A stretch of DNA of 64,000 nt from positions 224,001-288,000 of the forward strand of contig CAVXYC010000014.1 in the NCBI GenBank assembly GCA_963765765.1, in the 5' to 3' direction. Each line of letters starts with the position of its first letter. Position 1 is the stretch's first letter. The notes beneath the pieces were generated by a model. It searched no databases, had not been told where the DNA came from, and saw only the letters and a program-made list of their open reading frames with translations. The position numbers and the translations under genes are program-made. The DNA comes from an uncultured Chloroflexia bacterium (GTDB taxonomy: Bacteria > Chloroflexota > UBA6077 > JACCZL01). Shown here one piece after another: positions 1 through 9,276 of this stretch.

Positions 1-461
1 ACCGTAATGCGAGTGCCGATGGGCCAGGCCAGGGTGCCCAGATCGTACTGAGCCATTGAGTCAGTCACTGTCATCTCAGCGTCGAAATTGATGTTCCCAA
101 TCTGCCGTTGACGAAATATTTCGTACATTACGGGCAGCTTGAACAGGCTGGCCGCCGAGAACGATATTCGGTCGTTCATCAAGAGTGTCTGGCCAGAGCT
201 CAAATCCTTGATTGCGATCCCGAATCGTCCATTTGATGCGGCAATCTCTTTCTGAACCGACTCAGCCAGGACAAGCATCGGATCTTGACTGTGAGAAGCG
301 GGCTGGACGGCCGCCGGCGCAACAGACCTCTCAACGGCGGTACTGTTGGCGACCGTGGCATGAAGAGTTTCCGCAGCAGGAGAGGTCGGACGGACGCCGA
401 CGATGATCGCCGCACCCAGAAGAAACACGCCAATGACCGCTGGCCCAATATAACGCTGCAT
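1..461 (-). CDS. Serine hydrolase, class A beta-lactamase-like fold (partial, runs off window start)
   Basis: Not in ORF track. Manual translation from ATG 461: MQRYIGPAVIGVFLLGAAIIVG (signal/TM)...FGIAIKDLSSGQ...FSAASLFKLPVMYE, containing the SxxK motif. Confidence 0.8.
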   Translation of the reverse strand, partial: MQRYIGPAVIGVFLLGAAIIVGVRPTSPAAETLHATVANSTAVERSVAPAAVQPASHSQDPMLVLAESVQKEIAASNGRFGIAIKDLSSGQTLLMNDRISFSAASLFKLPVMYEIFRQRQIGNINFDAEMTVTDSMAQYDLGTLAWPIGTRIT

Positions 462-672
462 CGGGCGCACGCCCCGAGTGGCGTGTGCGGGCCGATTGCC
501 ATTGTGGCGGGACGGTGTTGCGAGACGACCGCGCCGTGCATAATCGCGAATGGCTTCTGTCTCCAGATGACGGGGCGAGTCCCCGTAGAGAATAGGTGCG
601 CCGCCCATTGTAACAACTCTGTAATCAGGGGAGGCTTGCCGAGTCAGAGCAAGACTCGGCCAGACCGAAAGG

Positions 673-1884
673 ATGACTTACACCGTTTCACCAGCACCGC
701 CACCGCTTGAAGGGGTACGCATCATCGCCGTGGAGCAATATGGGGCTGGGCCTTGGGCCACGATGATGCTGGCGGACCTGGGTGCCGAGATCATCAAGGT
801 TGAGCCTCCCAGCGGCGGAGGTGACATCGGTCGCGCGGTACCTCCGTACGCCATTCCTGGCGATAGTGTGTTCTTCCAGGCCTTCAATCGAACCAAGAAG
901 AGCATCACATTGAATCTCCAGCACGAGCAGGGACAGCAAGCTCTCCATCGGCTGGTCCTCGCATCGGATGGAGTGTTCAACAACCTCCGCGGGGACCTGC
1001 CCGCCCGACTTGGTGTGGACTACGCCTCTCTTGAATCGGTGAAGCGGTCCATCGTGTGCTGCTCACTTTCGGCCTACGGGCGCACTGGCCCACGAGCGGG
1101 TGAGCCCGGCTATGACTACGTCATGCAAGGATACGCGGGCTGGATGAGTTTGACCGGAGAACCGGGTGGGCCGCCGCAGAAATCGGGGCTGTCGCTGGTC
1201 GATCTGAGCGCTGGCGTGATGGCGAGTCTGGGGATGGTCTCCGCGATCTTGCGCGCGCGACTCACCGGTCAGGGTGGAGACGTCGACGTGAGCCTCTTTG
1301 ACGCGGCGATCGCGCAGCTCTGCTACCCCGGCGCCTGGCACCTCTCCATGGGCTACGAGCCTACCCGCACGCCCGATTCATCGCATCCATCGATGATCCC
1401 CTCGCAGGTGCTACCTACAAAAGACGGCCACATGGTGGTGATGTGCGCCAAGGAGGACTTTTATCGCCGCCTGGTCACCGTCATGGGCGCGCCCCAGCTA
1501 GCGACCGATCCACGCTTCGACTCGTATGCCCAACGGTTGAGACATCGCGACGAGCTCGTGCCGCTGTTGAAAGAATTGTCGAGTCAACGGCCGACTTCAG
1601 AATGGCTGGAGCTGCTGCGAGGTCAGATTCCCTGCGGCCCGGTGAATACCGTCCAGGAGGCGTTCGTCGACCCGCAGGTGGCACAAGATGACATGATCCT
1701 GCCCCTGGAGCATCCCGATTTCCCCACCCTACGCGTGCCGGGTGCACCAATAAAGTTCAGCGGGGAGCAAGTGCAGCACCATCGCGGCCCGCGTATGGGC
1801 GAGCACACCGACGAGATTCTCAGTGACTACGCCGGTTTTACCGACAAAGAGATTGACGGGCTACGAGCGAATGGAGCCATCTAG
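673..1884 (+). CDS. CaiB/BaiF family III CoA-transferase
   Basis: PLEGVRII...AGPWATMMLADLGAEIIKVEPP, NRTKKSITLNL, GYDYVMQG motifs. Confidence 0.93.
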   Translation: MTYTVSPAPPPLEGVRIIAVEQYGAGPWATMMLADLGAEIIKVEPPSGGGDIGRAVPPYAIPGDSVFFQAFNRTKKSITLNLQHEQGQQALHRLVLASDGVFNNLRGDLPARLGVDYASLESVKRSIVCCSLSAYGRTGPRAGEPGYDYVMQGYAGWMSLTGEPGGPPQKSGLSLVDLSAGVMASLGMVSAILRARLTGQGGDVDVSLFDAAIAQLCYPGAWHLSMGYEPTRTPDSSHPSMIPSQVLPTKDGHMVVMCAKEDFYRRLVTVMGAPQLATDPRFDSYAQRLRHRDELVPLLKELSSQRPTSEWLELLRGQIPCGPVNTVQEAFVDPQVAQDDMILPLEHPDFPTLRVPGAPIKFSGEQVQHHRGPRMGEHTDEILSDYAGFTDKEIDGLRANGAI

Positions 1885-1887
1885 ACC

Positions 1888-1947
1888 AGTGATGAGTGAT
1901 GTGTAATGAGTGATGAGTAAGTACTTGCCGTTGATCACTCATCACTC
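1888..1947. repeat. AGTGATG heptamer tandem array with inverted copies
   Basis: agtgatg agtgatg tgtaatg agtgatg agtaagt ... gatcact catcact, between convergent genes. Confidence 0.75.
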
Positions 1948-3177
1948 CAGATATGACATCGCCGTGAGCGCGTAGACCTCCGCCGCCTTCGGTAATGCGT
2001 CCACATGCACGAACTCATTCGGGCCGTGCGCCACGGTCAGCAGGCCGGGGCCAAAGCCGGGCAGTGTGGGGGTCCCACCCACGCCCTGAAACTCCTTCGC
2101 ATCCGTGCCACCGGGAAAGTACGTAAAGGGCGGCCGCCGGCCTAACACCGCTTCCGCGGCATCCAGCACGTGGCCGATGAGGGGCTCATCTTCCGGCACC
2201 ACTGTGGGCTGCGTGTAGAGCGCCGGGTCGCGATTGTACTCGAACTCCCAGTGCAGATCTTCGTCTTCTTTCTGAAGACCGCGGAGAAATGCTTCGGCAT
2301 CGGCGCGAATCGACTCCGGAACCATGCCGGGCGTGGTTCGAACTTCTACACCGAACTCGGCGAAGCCCGGATAGATCCCGAAGCTGACGCCGCCTCGAAC
2401 GATCATTCCCACATTGACCGTGGGGCCGTAGGGGCATAGCGGATGCTCCGGGTAGCTGGGCCGCCATTCCTTTGCCATGCGATCCAGCACCCAAGCCATC
2501 TTCTGTATGGCGTTGACCATGGGGATGCGGTCTGAAACGCTGCTGTGCCCCTGATTCCCGTAGACCTTAACCATGAAACTGCAGCCGGTACGCGAAACGA
2601 GTGGCAGCGACTCGAATGGCTCGTGGATGCTCTGCGGCTCACCGATCAGTGCGGCGTCCGCCTTGAGTCCCCTATCTCGCACAAGATAGCGGGCTCCGAA
2701 TCCGCTGCCGGTCTCTTCATCCGCGGTGAAGGCGAGGAGAACGTCACCGTTGAGCTGTTGCCCGGAGGCGGCGATCCCCGCGGTGGCGTAGATCATCGAT
2801 GCCACTGCGCCCTTCATGTCGCTCGTGCCCAGACCGAACATCTTGCCATCGCGGAACGTGGGCTCGTGTGGGTCGCTCTTCCACTCGCGGAGCTCGCCGA
2901 TGGGCCGGGTATCCAGGTGACCACTGAGCAAGAGCGTCTTCCCACCGGCGCGACCGGGCAGCCGAAAGACGATATTGGGGCGTTCGTCTTTGGACGACCA
3001 CACTTCGGCACCCTTCAATCCGAGACGGTCCATCCATTCGAGGGCCACGGCCACGGCAGCACGCTCGTCGCCGGGTGGGTTCATGCTGGGTGCGCGAACC
3101 AGCGCGGCCGTGCAGCCCACGATATCCTGCGCACGCTCACGGATGTACGCTCGAACGGCATCCTGTTCCTGGCCCAT
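1942..3177 (-). CDS. M20 family ArgE/DapE-like deacylase
   Basis: LLSGHLDT, GLGTSDMKG, ADEETG, IGEP, GGTDA, AHGPNE metal-binding motifs. Confidence 0.92.
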   Translation of the reverse strand: MGQEQDAVRAYIRERAQDIVGCTAALVRAPSMNPPGDERAAVAVALEWMDRLGLKGAEVWSSKDERPNIVFRLPGRAGGKTLLLSGHLDTRPIGELREWKSDPHEPTFRDGKMFGLGTSDMKGAVASMIYATAGIAASGQQLNGDVLLAFTADEETGSGFGARYLVRDRGLKADAALIGEPQSIHEPFESLPLVSRTGCSFMVKVYGNQGHSSVSDRIPMVNAIQKMAWVLDRMAKEWRPSYPEHPLCPYGPTVNVGMIVRGGVSFGIYPGFAEFGVEVRTTPGMVPESIRADAEAFLRGLQKEDEDLHWEFEYNRDPALYTQPTVVPEDEPLIGHVLDAAEAVLGRRPPFTYFPGGTDAKEFQGVGGTPTLPGFGPGLLTVAHGPNEFVHVDALPKAAEVYALTAMSYLE

Positions 3178-3329
3178 GGTCGACAGCCTCCTACGCCCAG
3201 CTCGGAGCCAGGATTGTAGCGCCTCAGGGACAAGGGGTCAGAGGTGGGACCTAGTGCTGAATGCACAACACAGTAACGAGAGGGCATAGTGCAAGCCACC
3301 TGCAATCCCAATCTCGCTAAGGAGTCCGT

Positions 3330-4013
3330 ATGACCACCCGCATCTCGCCCGAGCTGCTCGAGGCCCTTCGCGGCATTGATAGCGCGACAATCGCCAATGC
3401 GATCGAGACCTTCAAGGTTCGTGACCGAACCACGGGCTACATGGACATGAGTATTCGGTGTCACTTTCCCGAGATGGGTCCCCTGGTTGGCTACGCTGTC
3501 ACCGCGATCGGGGACACCATGACGCCCGGCGCTCCGCCTAACCGCGATGGCTTCTTCCTCTGGCTCGACGCCATCGCCGGAGCCGAAGGACCGACGGTCT
3601 GTGTGATCCAGGATGCCAGCCCGCATGCCTCACATTCCTGTCACTTCGGAGAGGTCATGGCGAACACCGCTCGAGCATTCGGGGTAAAGGGTCTTATCAC
3701 CAATGGTGGCGTGCGCGACGTGAATGAGGTGAAAGCGCTCGGATTCCAGTACTTCTCACCAGGTAAGGTCGTTTCCCACGGAAACAATACGTTCCGCGCC
3801 GCGGACATCCCGGTGACCGTGGGCGGTCTGACTATCCATCCCGGCGATCTGCTGCACGCGGACGTCAATGGTGTCGTGATCATCCCAATCGACATCGCCG
3901 AGAACATCCCCGACGCCGTAGAGCAACTCCGGGAAAAAGAAGGCCGCGTCATTAGTTACGTCAACAGCGGCAAGATCGATCTCGCCGCACTGAAGGACAT
4001 CTTCAGCCACTAG
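3330..4013 (+). CDS. RraA family / HMG aldolase-like protein
   Basis: GYAVT, FGEVMA, TNGGVRD, IHPGDLLHADVNGVV; AAGGAG RBS. Confidence 0.88.
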   Translation: MTTRISPELLEALRGIDSATIANAIETFKVRDRTTGYMDMSIRCHFPEMGPLVGYAVTAIGDTMTPGAPPNRDGFFLWLDAIAGAEGPTVCVIQDASPHASHSCHFGEVMANTARAFGVKGLITNGGVRDVNEVKALGFQYFSPGKVVSHGNNTFRAADIPVTVGGLTIHPGDLLHADVNGVVIIPIDIAENIPDAVEQLREKEGRVISYVNSGKIDLAALKDIFSH

Positions 4014-4017
4014 CCAC

Positions 4018-4092
4018 CGAGTGATGAGTACATGAGTCATCGACTAGCGAATTGCAGTTGCTCATCATTTATCACTCGCTGGTCATCACTCG
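4018..4092. repeat. AGTGATG heptamer palindromic element (second copy)
   Basis: cgagtgatgagtacatgagtcat...ctcatcatttatcactcg...catcactcg, between convergent genes. Confidence 0.7.
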
Positions 4093-4890
4093 CTAAGTCA
4101 TGACCATTCCGCCGTCCACCTGGTAGGACTGGCCGGTAATGTAGTCGGAGTCGGCGCTGGCCAGGAACACGGCCATGCCGACAAGGTCTTCAGGCGTCTC
4201 AGGCCTACCCATTGGTATCCCTACGATGCGCTGCTTCCAGGCATCGCCAGTGGGACGGCCTTCCAGCTCAGTCCACTCTCGATCGATCAGCGCCCACATC
4301 TCGGTGTCGACGACGCCCGGACAGATTGCATTCACGGTAACCTTTGGCGCCAGCCCCATCGCGGCGGACTGAGTGATGCTGACGACCGCCGCCTTGCTGG
4401 CAGCGTATGCGGCAAACATCGGGCGTCCGCCGCGCGCGGCGATGGAGGCCATGTTGATGATCTTGCCGCTCGGTCGACCCGCGACGAGCGGCTCTTGCTC
4501 CACCATCTGCCTCGCGCCCGCCTGGAGGGCAAAGAAGAGCCCCCGCGAGTTGACTGATTGTGTAAAGTCCCAATCCTCGGGAGTGACCTGGAGTAGCGGT
4601 GTTACGCGCACCACCCCGGCGTTGTTCACCATGATGTCCAGGCGACCGAGCTCTCGGGCCACCCGCTCTACCATGATCGCACTTTGATCGGGGTCCCGTA
4701 CGTCCACCCGCATCGATACGGCCCGAATGCCGAATCCACGCACTTCATCGGCGACAGACGCGGCGTTCGCCTCATCGAGGTCAACGATCACCAGATTGGC
4801 GCCTTCGGCGGCATAGCGCAATGCCATCGCTCTACCGATCCCTCGGCCGCTCCCTGTGATTAGCGCAACGCGCCCATCAAGTACACCCAT
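4093..4890 (-). CDS. SDR oxidoreductase (sorbitol/acetoin dehydrogenase-like)
   Basis: TGSGRGIG, NNAG, YAASK, ICPGVVDTEMW. Confidence 0.92.
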   Translation of the reverse strand: MGVLDGRVALITGSGRGIGRAMALRYAAEGANLVIVDLDEANAASVADEVRGFGIRAVSMRVDVRDPDQSAIMVERVARELGRLDIMVNNAGVVRVTPLLQVTPEDWDFTQSVNSRGLFFALQAGARQMVEQEPLVAGRPSGKIINMASIAARGGRPMFAAYAASKAAVVSITQSAAMGLAPKVTVNAICPGVVDTEMWALIDREWTELEGRPTGDAWKQRIVGIPMGRPETPEDLVGMAVFLASADSDYITGQSYQVDGGMVMT

Positions 4891-4929
4891 CTCAGTCTCC
4901 CGCTCAGCGCAACCTTTCAGGCAACGGCA

Positions 4930-5265
4930 TCATCCTCGAAATTGCTCTCTACCATTGCGCGCCTCCTCCCAGCTAATCGCCATGTAGTCCGCGCCAACTC
5001 TTTGAGTACGCAGAATCACCACGTTATCAAGCTGAAAGGCGCCCGTGTGCCAGGGCTCATTGCCCAGGTACTCAACGTTCACCAGAATATCGTTGCCCTT
5101 TTCCAGCTGGATGACGACGATGCCCAAATCCTGATCAGCGGCCACGATCGTGCCGTAGAAATCCGGATACTCCTGAGCGGCCGCGATATTGGGATGGAAT
5201 CCAGCGAGCGCCGCTACGAATGCGAGCATGGCCAGCAGGCGACATTGAACCAACAAACGCATCAT
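4930..5265 (-). CDS. Hypothetical secreted protein (~110 aa)
   Basis: Signal peptide ending AAA-QE and a beta-rich mature part; lies between co-oriented genes; start approximate. Confidence 0.6.
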   Translation of the reverse strand: MMRLLVQCRLLAMLAFVAALAGFHPNIAAAQEYPDFYGTIVAADQDLGIVVIQLEKGNDILVNVEYLGNEPWHTGAFQLDNVVILRTQRVGADYMAISWEEARNGREQFRG

Positions 5266-5337
5266 CACACCTCCCAGCTCATTACATGCTTGAACTTCCG
5301 CTCGCGTCCCGAGACTCAATTAATCAGCAGGAGACGC

Positions 5338-6240
5338 CTATTGCAAACGCGGAACGACATCATTGAGCAATCGGTCGAGCTGATCGAGATCGGACGTGTA
5401 GGCGCCGATGATGAGCGTCTCCGCACCCGCGTCCAGGAATTCTTTGGCCTTCTCCACGCACGCGTCGGCCGGCCCTACCAACGAGGAGCTCAAGTCGGAG
5501 CGCTGCGGCCCGTAGTAAAAGTGAAGAAAGCTCAGCGAGGTTCGCTCGGCGCGATCGCGATCCGGGTCCACACAAGCGTAGACGAGCATGGAATTGTGAA
5601 TCGTCGAAGGATCGCGCCCGTACTCTTCGGCATAATCCATGATTTTTTGCCAGCTCGCCCGATAGCGCTCCATCCCTCCGCCAGGACTTCCAATGAAGCC
5701 ATCGCCCACGCGCGCGATGCGCCGCAACGCGGTGTCCGCTCCGCCGCCGATCCAGATCGGAATCTGCCCATTCACTGGCGGTGGACCCACCGGTCCCACG
5801 TCGTAGTCGTAAAACTTCCCTTGACTCTTTAAAGGCTCGCCGCTCCAGGCTTTGCGGAGCAAGCCGATCACCTCCTCTGACCGACCGCCGCGATGCTCCA
5901 GCTCCACGTCTGTCACGTCGAAGTCGTCCTGGCGGCTGCCGACGCCGAGGCCGAGGATAGCGCGGCCGCCGGAGACGTAGTCGAGAGTCGCAACCTGCTT
6001 GGCCAGTACGGCCGGCTTCCGCAACGGAGCTAGCAAGACGCACGTTCCAAGCTTGACTCGCGAGGTTGCCCCGGCCACTGCTGCAAGGCTCATGAGCGCT
6101 TCCGGGTTTTTCCAGACGAGGCGGTCGATGGTCCAGACTGAGTCAACCCCGGCCTGCTCCGATCGACGACCGTATTCCACAACGGTCTCAGGCTGAACGT
6201 CCTCGGTAGCCGTGGGAATACAGATCCCGATGTTTGGCAT
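5338..6240 (-). CDS. LLM class (probably F420-dependent) oxidoreductase
   Basis: DSVWTIDR, VKLGTCVL, LAKQVATLDYVSGGR, PIWIGG. Confidence 0.9.
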   Translation of the reverse strand: MPNIGICIPTATEDVQPETVVEYGRRSEQAGVDSVWTIDRLVWKNPEALMSLAAVAGATSRVKLGTCVLLAPLRKPAVLAKQVATLDYVSGGRAILGLGVGSRQDDFDVTDVELEHRGGRSEEVIGLLRKAWSGEPLKSQGKFYDYDVGPVGPPPVNGQIPIWIGGGADTALRRIARVGDGFIGSPGGGMERYRASWQKIMDYAEEYGRDPSTIHNSMLVYACVDPDRDRAERTSLSFLHFYYGPQRSDLSSSLVGPADACVEKAKEFLDAGAETLIIGAYTSDLDQLDRLLNDVVPRLQ

Positions 6241-6349
6241 GACCTGAAGCTCCAGAATCGAATTGTCCAGAGCCTAGCGCAAGTAGGCCATGCGGGCAAA
6301 GCGGAGGCGGACCTCACTTTTGGAGTGCGGCGGTCCAAAATATCGGCGG

Positions 6350-6946
6350 CTACGTCACGCGGGTATGCACCACCAAGTTCTTTCCGCAGCGCACTTCGCG
6401 CGTTACGCGCAGCACACGGCCTATGCGCGCTACGGTGGCAGCGGTGCGCTTGTCCAGAAACATGTTGAAGCAAACAGTGCCGCCTCGATTGACCACACGC
6501 TCGAGGTGGCGCAGAAATGGCCGCCCTGAGACGCGACGGTCCACGCGCTCGCCTTGAAACAAATCGACGCAGACATAGTCGAATCCCGACTCGGTAGTCC
6601 CCAGAAACTCGTGCGCGTCGGCGTGGCAAAACTCCATCTCGACATCCGAGAGAAGCGTCGATTTCGCTAGATCCAACACGAGCGCATCTCTCTCAACGCC
6701 GACCATCGCCACATCGCCGAATCGCTGCCGAAGTAATTGCGCCACGGTACCACCGCCCAGGCCAAGCAGCAGCGCGCGTTGCGGGCGAACGTCAGGCAGC
6801 ATCTCCCACCAGTACCCATCCGGACGGTCCAATGACCGCACAGCGACCGACTGCACCACGCCGTCCACCAGTAACGCGACCCGCCCATGGTCTTCACCGA
6901 TCCGCGGAGCGATCGCAGAAGCCTCACGAGGTTGGCGTGCTACCAT
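6350..6946 (-). CDS. Spermidine synthase-like class I SAM methyltransferase
   Basis: LLVDGVVQS, LLLGLGGG, CHADA, DYVCVDLF. Confidence 0.8.
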   Translation of the reverse strand: MVARQPREASAIAPRIGEDHGRVALLVDGVVQSVAVRSLDRPDGYWWEMLPDVRPQRALLLGLGGGTVAQLLRQRFGDVAMVGVERDALVLDLAKSTLLSDVEMEFCHADAHEFLGTTESGFDYVCVDLFQGERVDRRVSGRPFLRHLERVVNRGGTVCFNMFLDKRTAATVARIGRVLRVTREVRCGKNLVVHTRVT

Positions 6947-6991
6947 GCGCTCAAAGCGCCTTCAGCGGCGCTGCCAGAGACGGAGGCAACG

Positions 6992-7873
6992 GTGGAAATT
7001 CGCACGGTCGGTGTGGTGGGGTGCGGGCTGATGGGCTCAGGCATTGCCGAGGTCTGTGCACGAGCCGGCTTCAACACCATCGTACGCGAGGTCGACCATC
7101 AGTCGCTCCAACAAGGGGTAGAGCGAATCGAGCGCTCCCTCGGGACGGCCGTGCAGCGAGGAAAACTAACGCAGGGGGATCGTGACGCCGCCTGGGCACG
7201 TATCGATTCCACAACCGATCTTGGCGCGTTCTCGCGATGCGAGGTTGTCATCGAGGCGGTCATCGAGCAAATCGACGAAAAACGCCAAGTGTATCGAGCC
7301 CTCGACGCCGTGTGTCCGCCGCACACGATTCTCGCCAGCAATACCTCGTCCATCCCCATCGTTGAGCTAGCCAACAGCACCAGGCGGTCCGACAAAGTCC
7401 TGGGCGTCCATTTCATGAATCCCGCGCCGGTGATGCCACTCGTTGAGCTCGTTCGAGCGATCACAACGAGTGACGAAACGCTGGAAGCAGCTCGCGCACT
7501 GTGCGACACGCTCGGCAAAAAGGTGATCGTGGCGCAAGACCAGGCCGGGTTTATCGTGAACCTCCTTCTTGTCCCCTATCTCCTGGACGCCGCTCGGCTC
7601 TACGCGTCGGGGGGCGCATCGAAACAGGACATCGATCGCGGACTCGTTCTTGGTTGCGGTGTTCCCATGGGACCGCTGACGCTCGCCGATTTCGTTGGTT
7701 TAGACACGCTTTGCTCGATCGCCGAGATCCTCTATCAGGAATATCGCGAGCCCCGCTACTCTCCGCCCCCACTGCTACTACGGATGGTGGCCGCTGGTCG
7801 TCTCGGTCGCAAGAGCGGCCAGGGCTTCTACGATTATCGTGATGGCTCGACGGACCGCCCGCCCGCGGATTGA
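6992..7873 (+). CDS. hbd: 3-hydroxybutyryl-CoA dehydrogenase
   Basis: GVVGCGLMGSGIA, EAVIE, SNTSS, HFMNP, PMGP, GRKSGQGFY; GTG start after GGAGG. Confidence 0.92.
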   Translation: MEIRTVGVVGCGLMGSGIAEVCARAGFNTIVREVDHQSLQQGVERIERSLGTAVQRGKLTQGDRDAAWARIDSTTDLGAFSRCEVVIEAVIEQIDEKRQVYRALDAVCPPHTILASNTSSIPIVELANSTRRSDKVLGVHFMNPAPVMPLVELVRAITTSDETLEAARALCDTLGKKVIVAQDQAGFIVNLLLVPYLLDAARLYASGGASKQDIDRGLVLGCGVPMGPLTLADFVGLDTLCSIAEILYQEYREPRYSPPPLLLRMVAAGRLGRKSGQGFYDYRDGSTDRPPAD

Positions 7874-7894
7874 TCGCCGCCGTCTAAGCTACGC

Positions 7895-8557
7895 ATGTCC
7901 GGATCTCACGCCATTGCGATCGTCTTCGACCTCGACAATACACTGGTGCACTCTAAGATCAATTTTCCCGCAATGCGCCAGCGAGTTATCGACGTTGTCC
8001 GAGACAGCGACCTACAGGTTCAGCATGACGCTCCGCTGACATCTCTAGCGACTGCCGAGGTCATCGAGCTCGGGCTTCAACACGGTGCAGCGCCGGAGAT
8101 GATGGCTCAGATCTGGACAGCCGTCACGGAGGAGGAGACGCTGGGGATGGAGCTGGCGAGCGTTGAGGACGACGCGGCGGACGTCCTGCACTCGTTGAAG
8201 TCGACCGGTGTCGGTCTTGCCGTATTGACTAACAATGCGCGACGGGCCGCCGCTGCGGCGCTGGAGCGATTTGACCTGCTTCACTATCTTGACGTTGTGC
8301 TAGGCCGAGATGACGTGTCGGCGCTGAAGCCCTCACCGGCGGGCCTCCTCCACGCGGTGAAGATTCTTGCACCTACCAGCGTGGCTATGGTCGGCGATGC
8401 GTCAATCGATGGCATTGCCGCCAATCGGGCTGGCGTTCCGTTCATCGCGTTCAGGCCCACGGTGGCGGACATGGAGCGGCGCGGTGTGGAGCGCTGGGCT
8501 ACCATTCATGATCTTTCGGAAATCGCTACTCTCCTGCCGCGCCTGCGGGATCGGTAA
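7895..8557 (+). CDS. HAD family hydrolase (phosphoglycolate phosphatase-like)
   Basis: FDLDNTL, LTNN, KPSP, MVGDASID. Confidence 0.88.
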   Translation: MSGSHAIAIVFDLDNTLVHSKINFPAMRQRVIDVVRDSDLQVQHDAPLTSLATAEVIELGLQHGAAPEMMAQIWTAVTEEETLGMELASVEDDAADVLHSLKSTGVGLAVLTNNARRAAAAALERFDLLHYLDVVLGRDDVSALKPSPAGLLHAVKILAPTSVAMVGDASIDGIAANRAGVPFIAFRPTVADMERRGVERWATIHDLSEIATLLPRLRDR

Positions 8558-8664
8558 GAACCAAATCGTCCCCGCGACTGAAAAAGCAAAGAAATGTACC
8601 ACGGAGGCCGGCCGCATCTGCTATCATGACGTCGTTCTATTTCAGACATTGAACGATTGCGTCT

Positions 8665-8690
8665 AGGGGCGGCCCGTAGGGTCGCCTTTT
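8665..8690 (+). terminator. Intrinsic terminator hairpin upstream of greA
   Basis: GGCGGCCC-GTA-GGGTCGCC followed by TTTT. Confidence 0.7.
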
Positions 8691-8805
8691 GTGGTCACTG
8701 AGCCGACCACCAGCTGGCAGGGACGAGCCGCCAATCCGGCACAAGTCTTGCGCAAAGCGGGCGCAACCCTCAGCGGGACGTGCACATGGACGTTGGAGAT
8801 TGAGA

Positions 8806-9276
8806 ATGACAGCTTATTCGCAGCGCGCAATAACCCAAGGGGGCCTCGAGCGACTCGAAAAGGACCTCGAGCGGCTTCGGAGCGTCGATCGCCCGAGCCT
8901 TGCCGCGCGACTCCAATCCGCACGCGAAACTCCGGGCGATCCAGGTGACAACCTCGAGTTCCTCGAGGCTCAGCAGGATCTGGCCATGCTTGAGGGTCGT
9001 ATTGCCGAGCTCGAAGTGGCCATCGCTAACGCTTGGGTGCAAGAAGCTCCGAGCGACGGCACCATCGGTGTTGGCTCCAAGATCGTCGTGCGCGACAGCG
9101 ACGGCGAAGAGGACCACTACACGCTGGTAGGCTCCGCTGAGGCAAATCCGCGTGACGGACTTATCTCTGTTGAGTCACCCGTGGGACGCGCGTTGCTGCG
9201 TGCCGTGAAGGGTGACACGGTAGAGGTGGAGACCCCTTCCGGCCACCGCAAGCTCGAGGTGCTCGGGGTCAGCTAG
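8806..9276 (+). CDS. greA: Transcription elongation factor GreA
   Basis: GDNLEFLEAQQDLAMLEGRIAELE, ISVESPVGRALL; ATG after GGAG. Confidence 0.9.
   Translation: MTAYSQRAITQGGLERLEKDLERLRSVDRPSLAARLQSARETPGDPGDNLEFLEAQQDLAMLEGRIAELEVAIANAWVQEAPSDGTIGVGSKIVVRDSDGEEDHYTLVGSAEANPRDGLISVESPVGRALLRAVKGDTVEVETPSGHRKLEVLGVS

Noticed and set aside
1-461. Beta-lactam resistance gene
   Set aside because: SxxK and fold only; a membrane-anchored serine hydrolase with a linker is more likely a peptidoglycan-related enzyme, and the gene is partial
4942-5832. Long antisense ORFs (also 2545-3219, 11185-11979, 17297-17965, 43608-44381)
   Set aside because: Shadow frames of well-supported opposite-strand genes in GC-rich DNA; no motifs
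8626-8652. Leader peptide MTSFYFRH before the greA terminator
   Set aside because: Its ATG overlaps the predicted -10 element and has no RBS, so it is probably not in the transcript; not fully excluded
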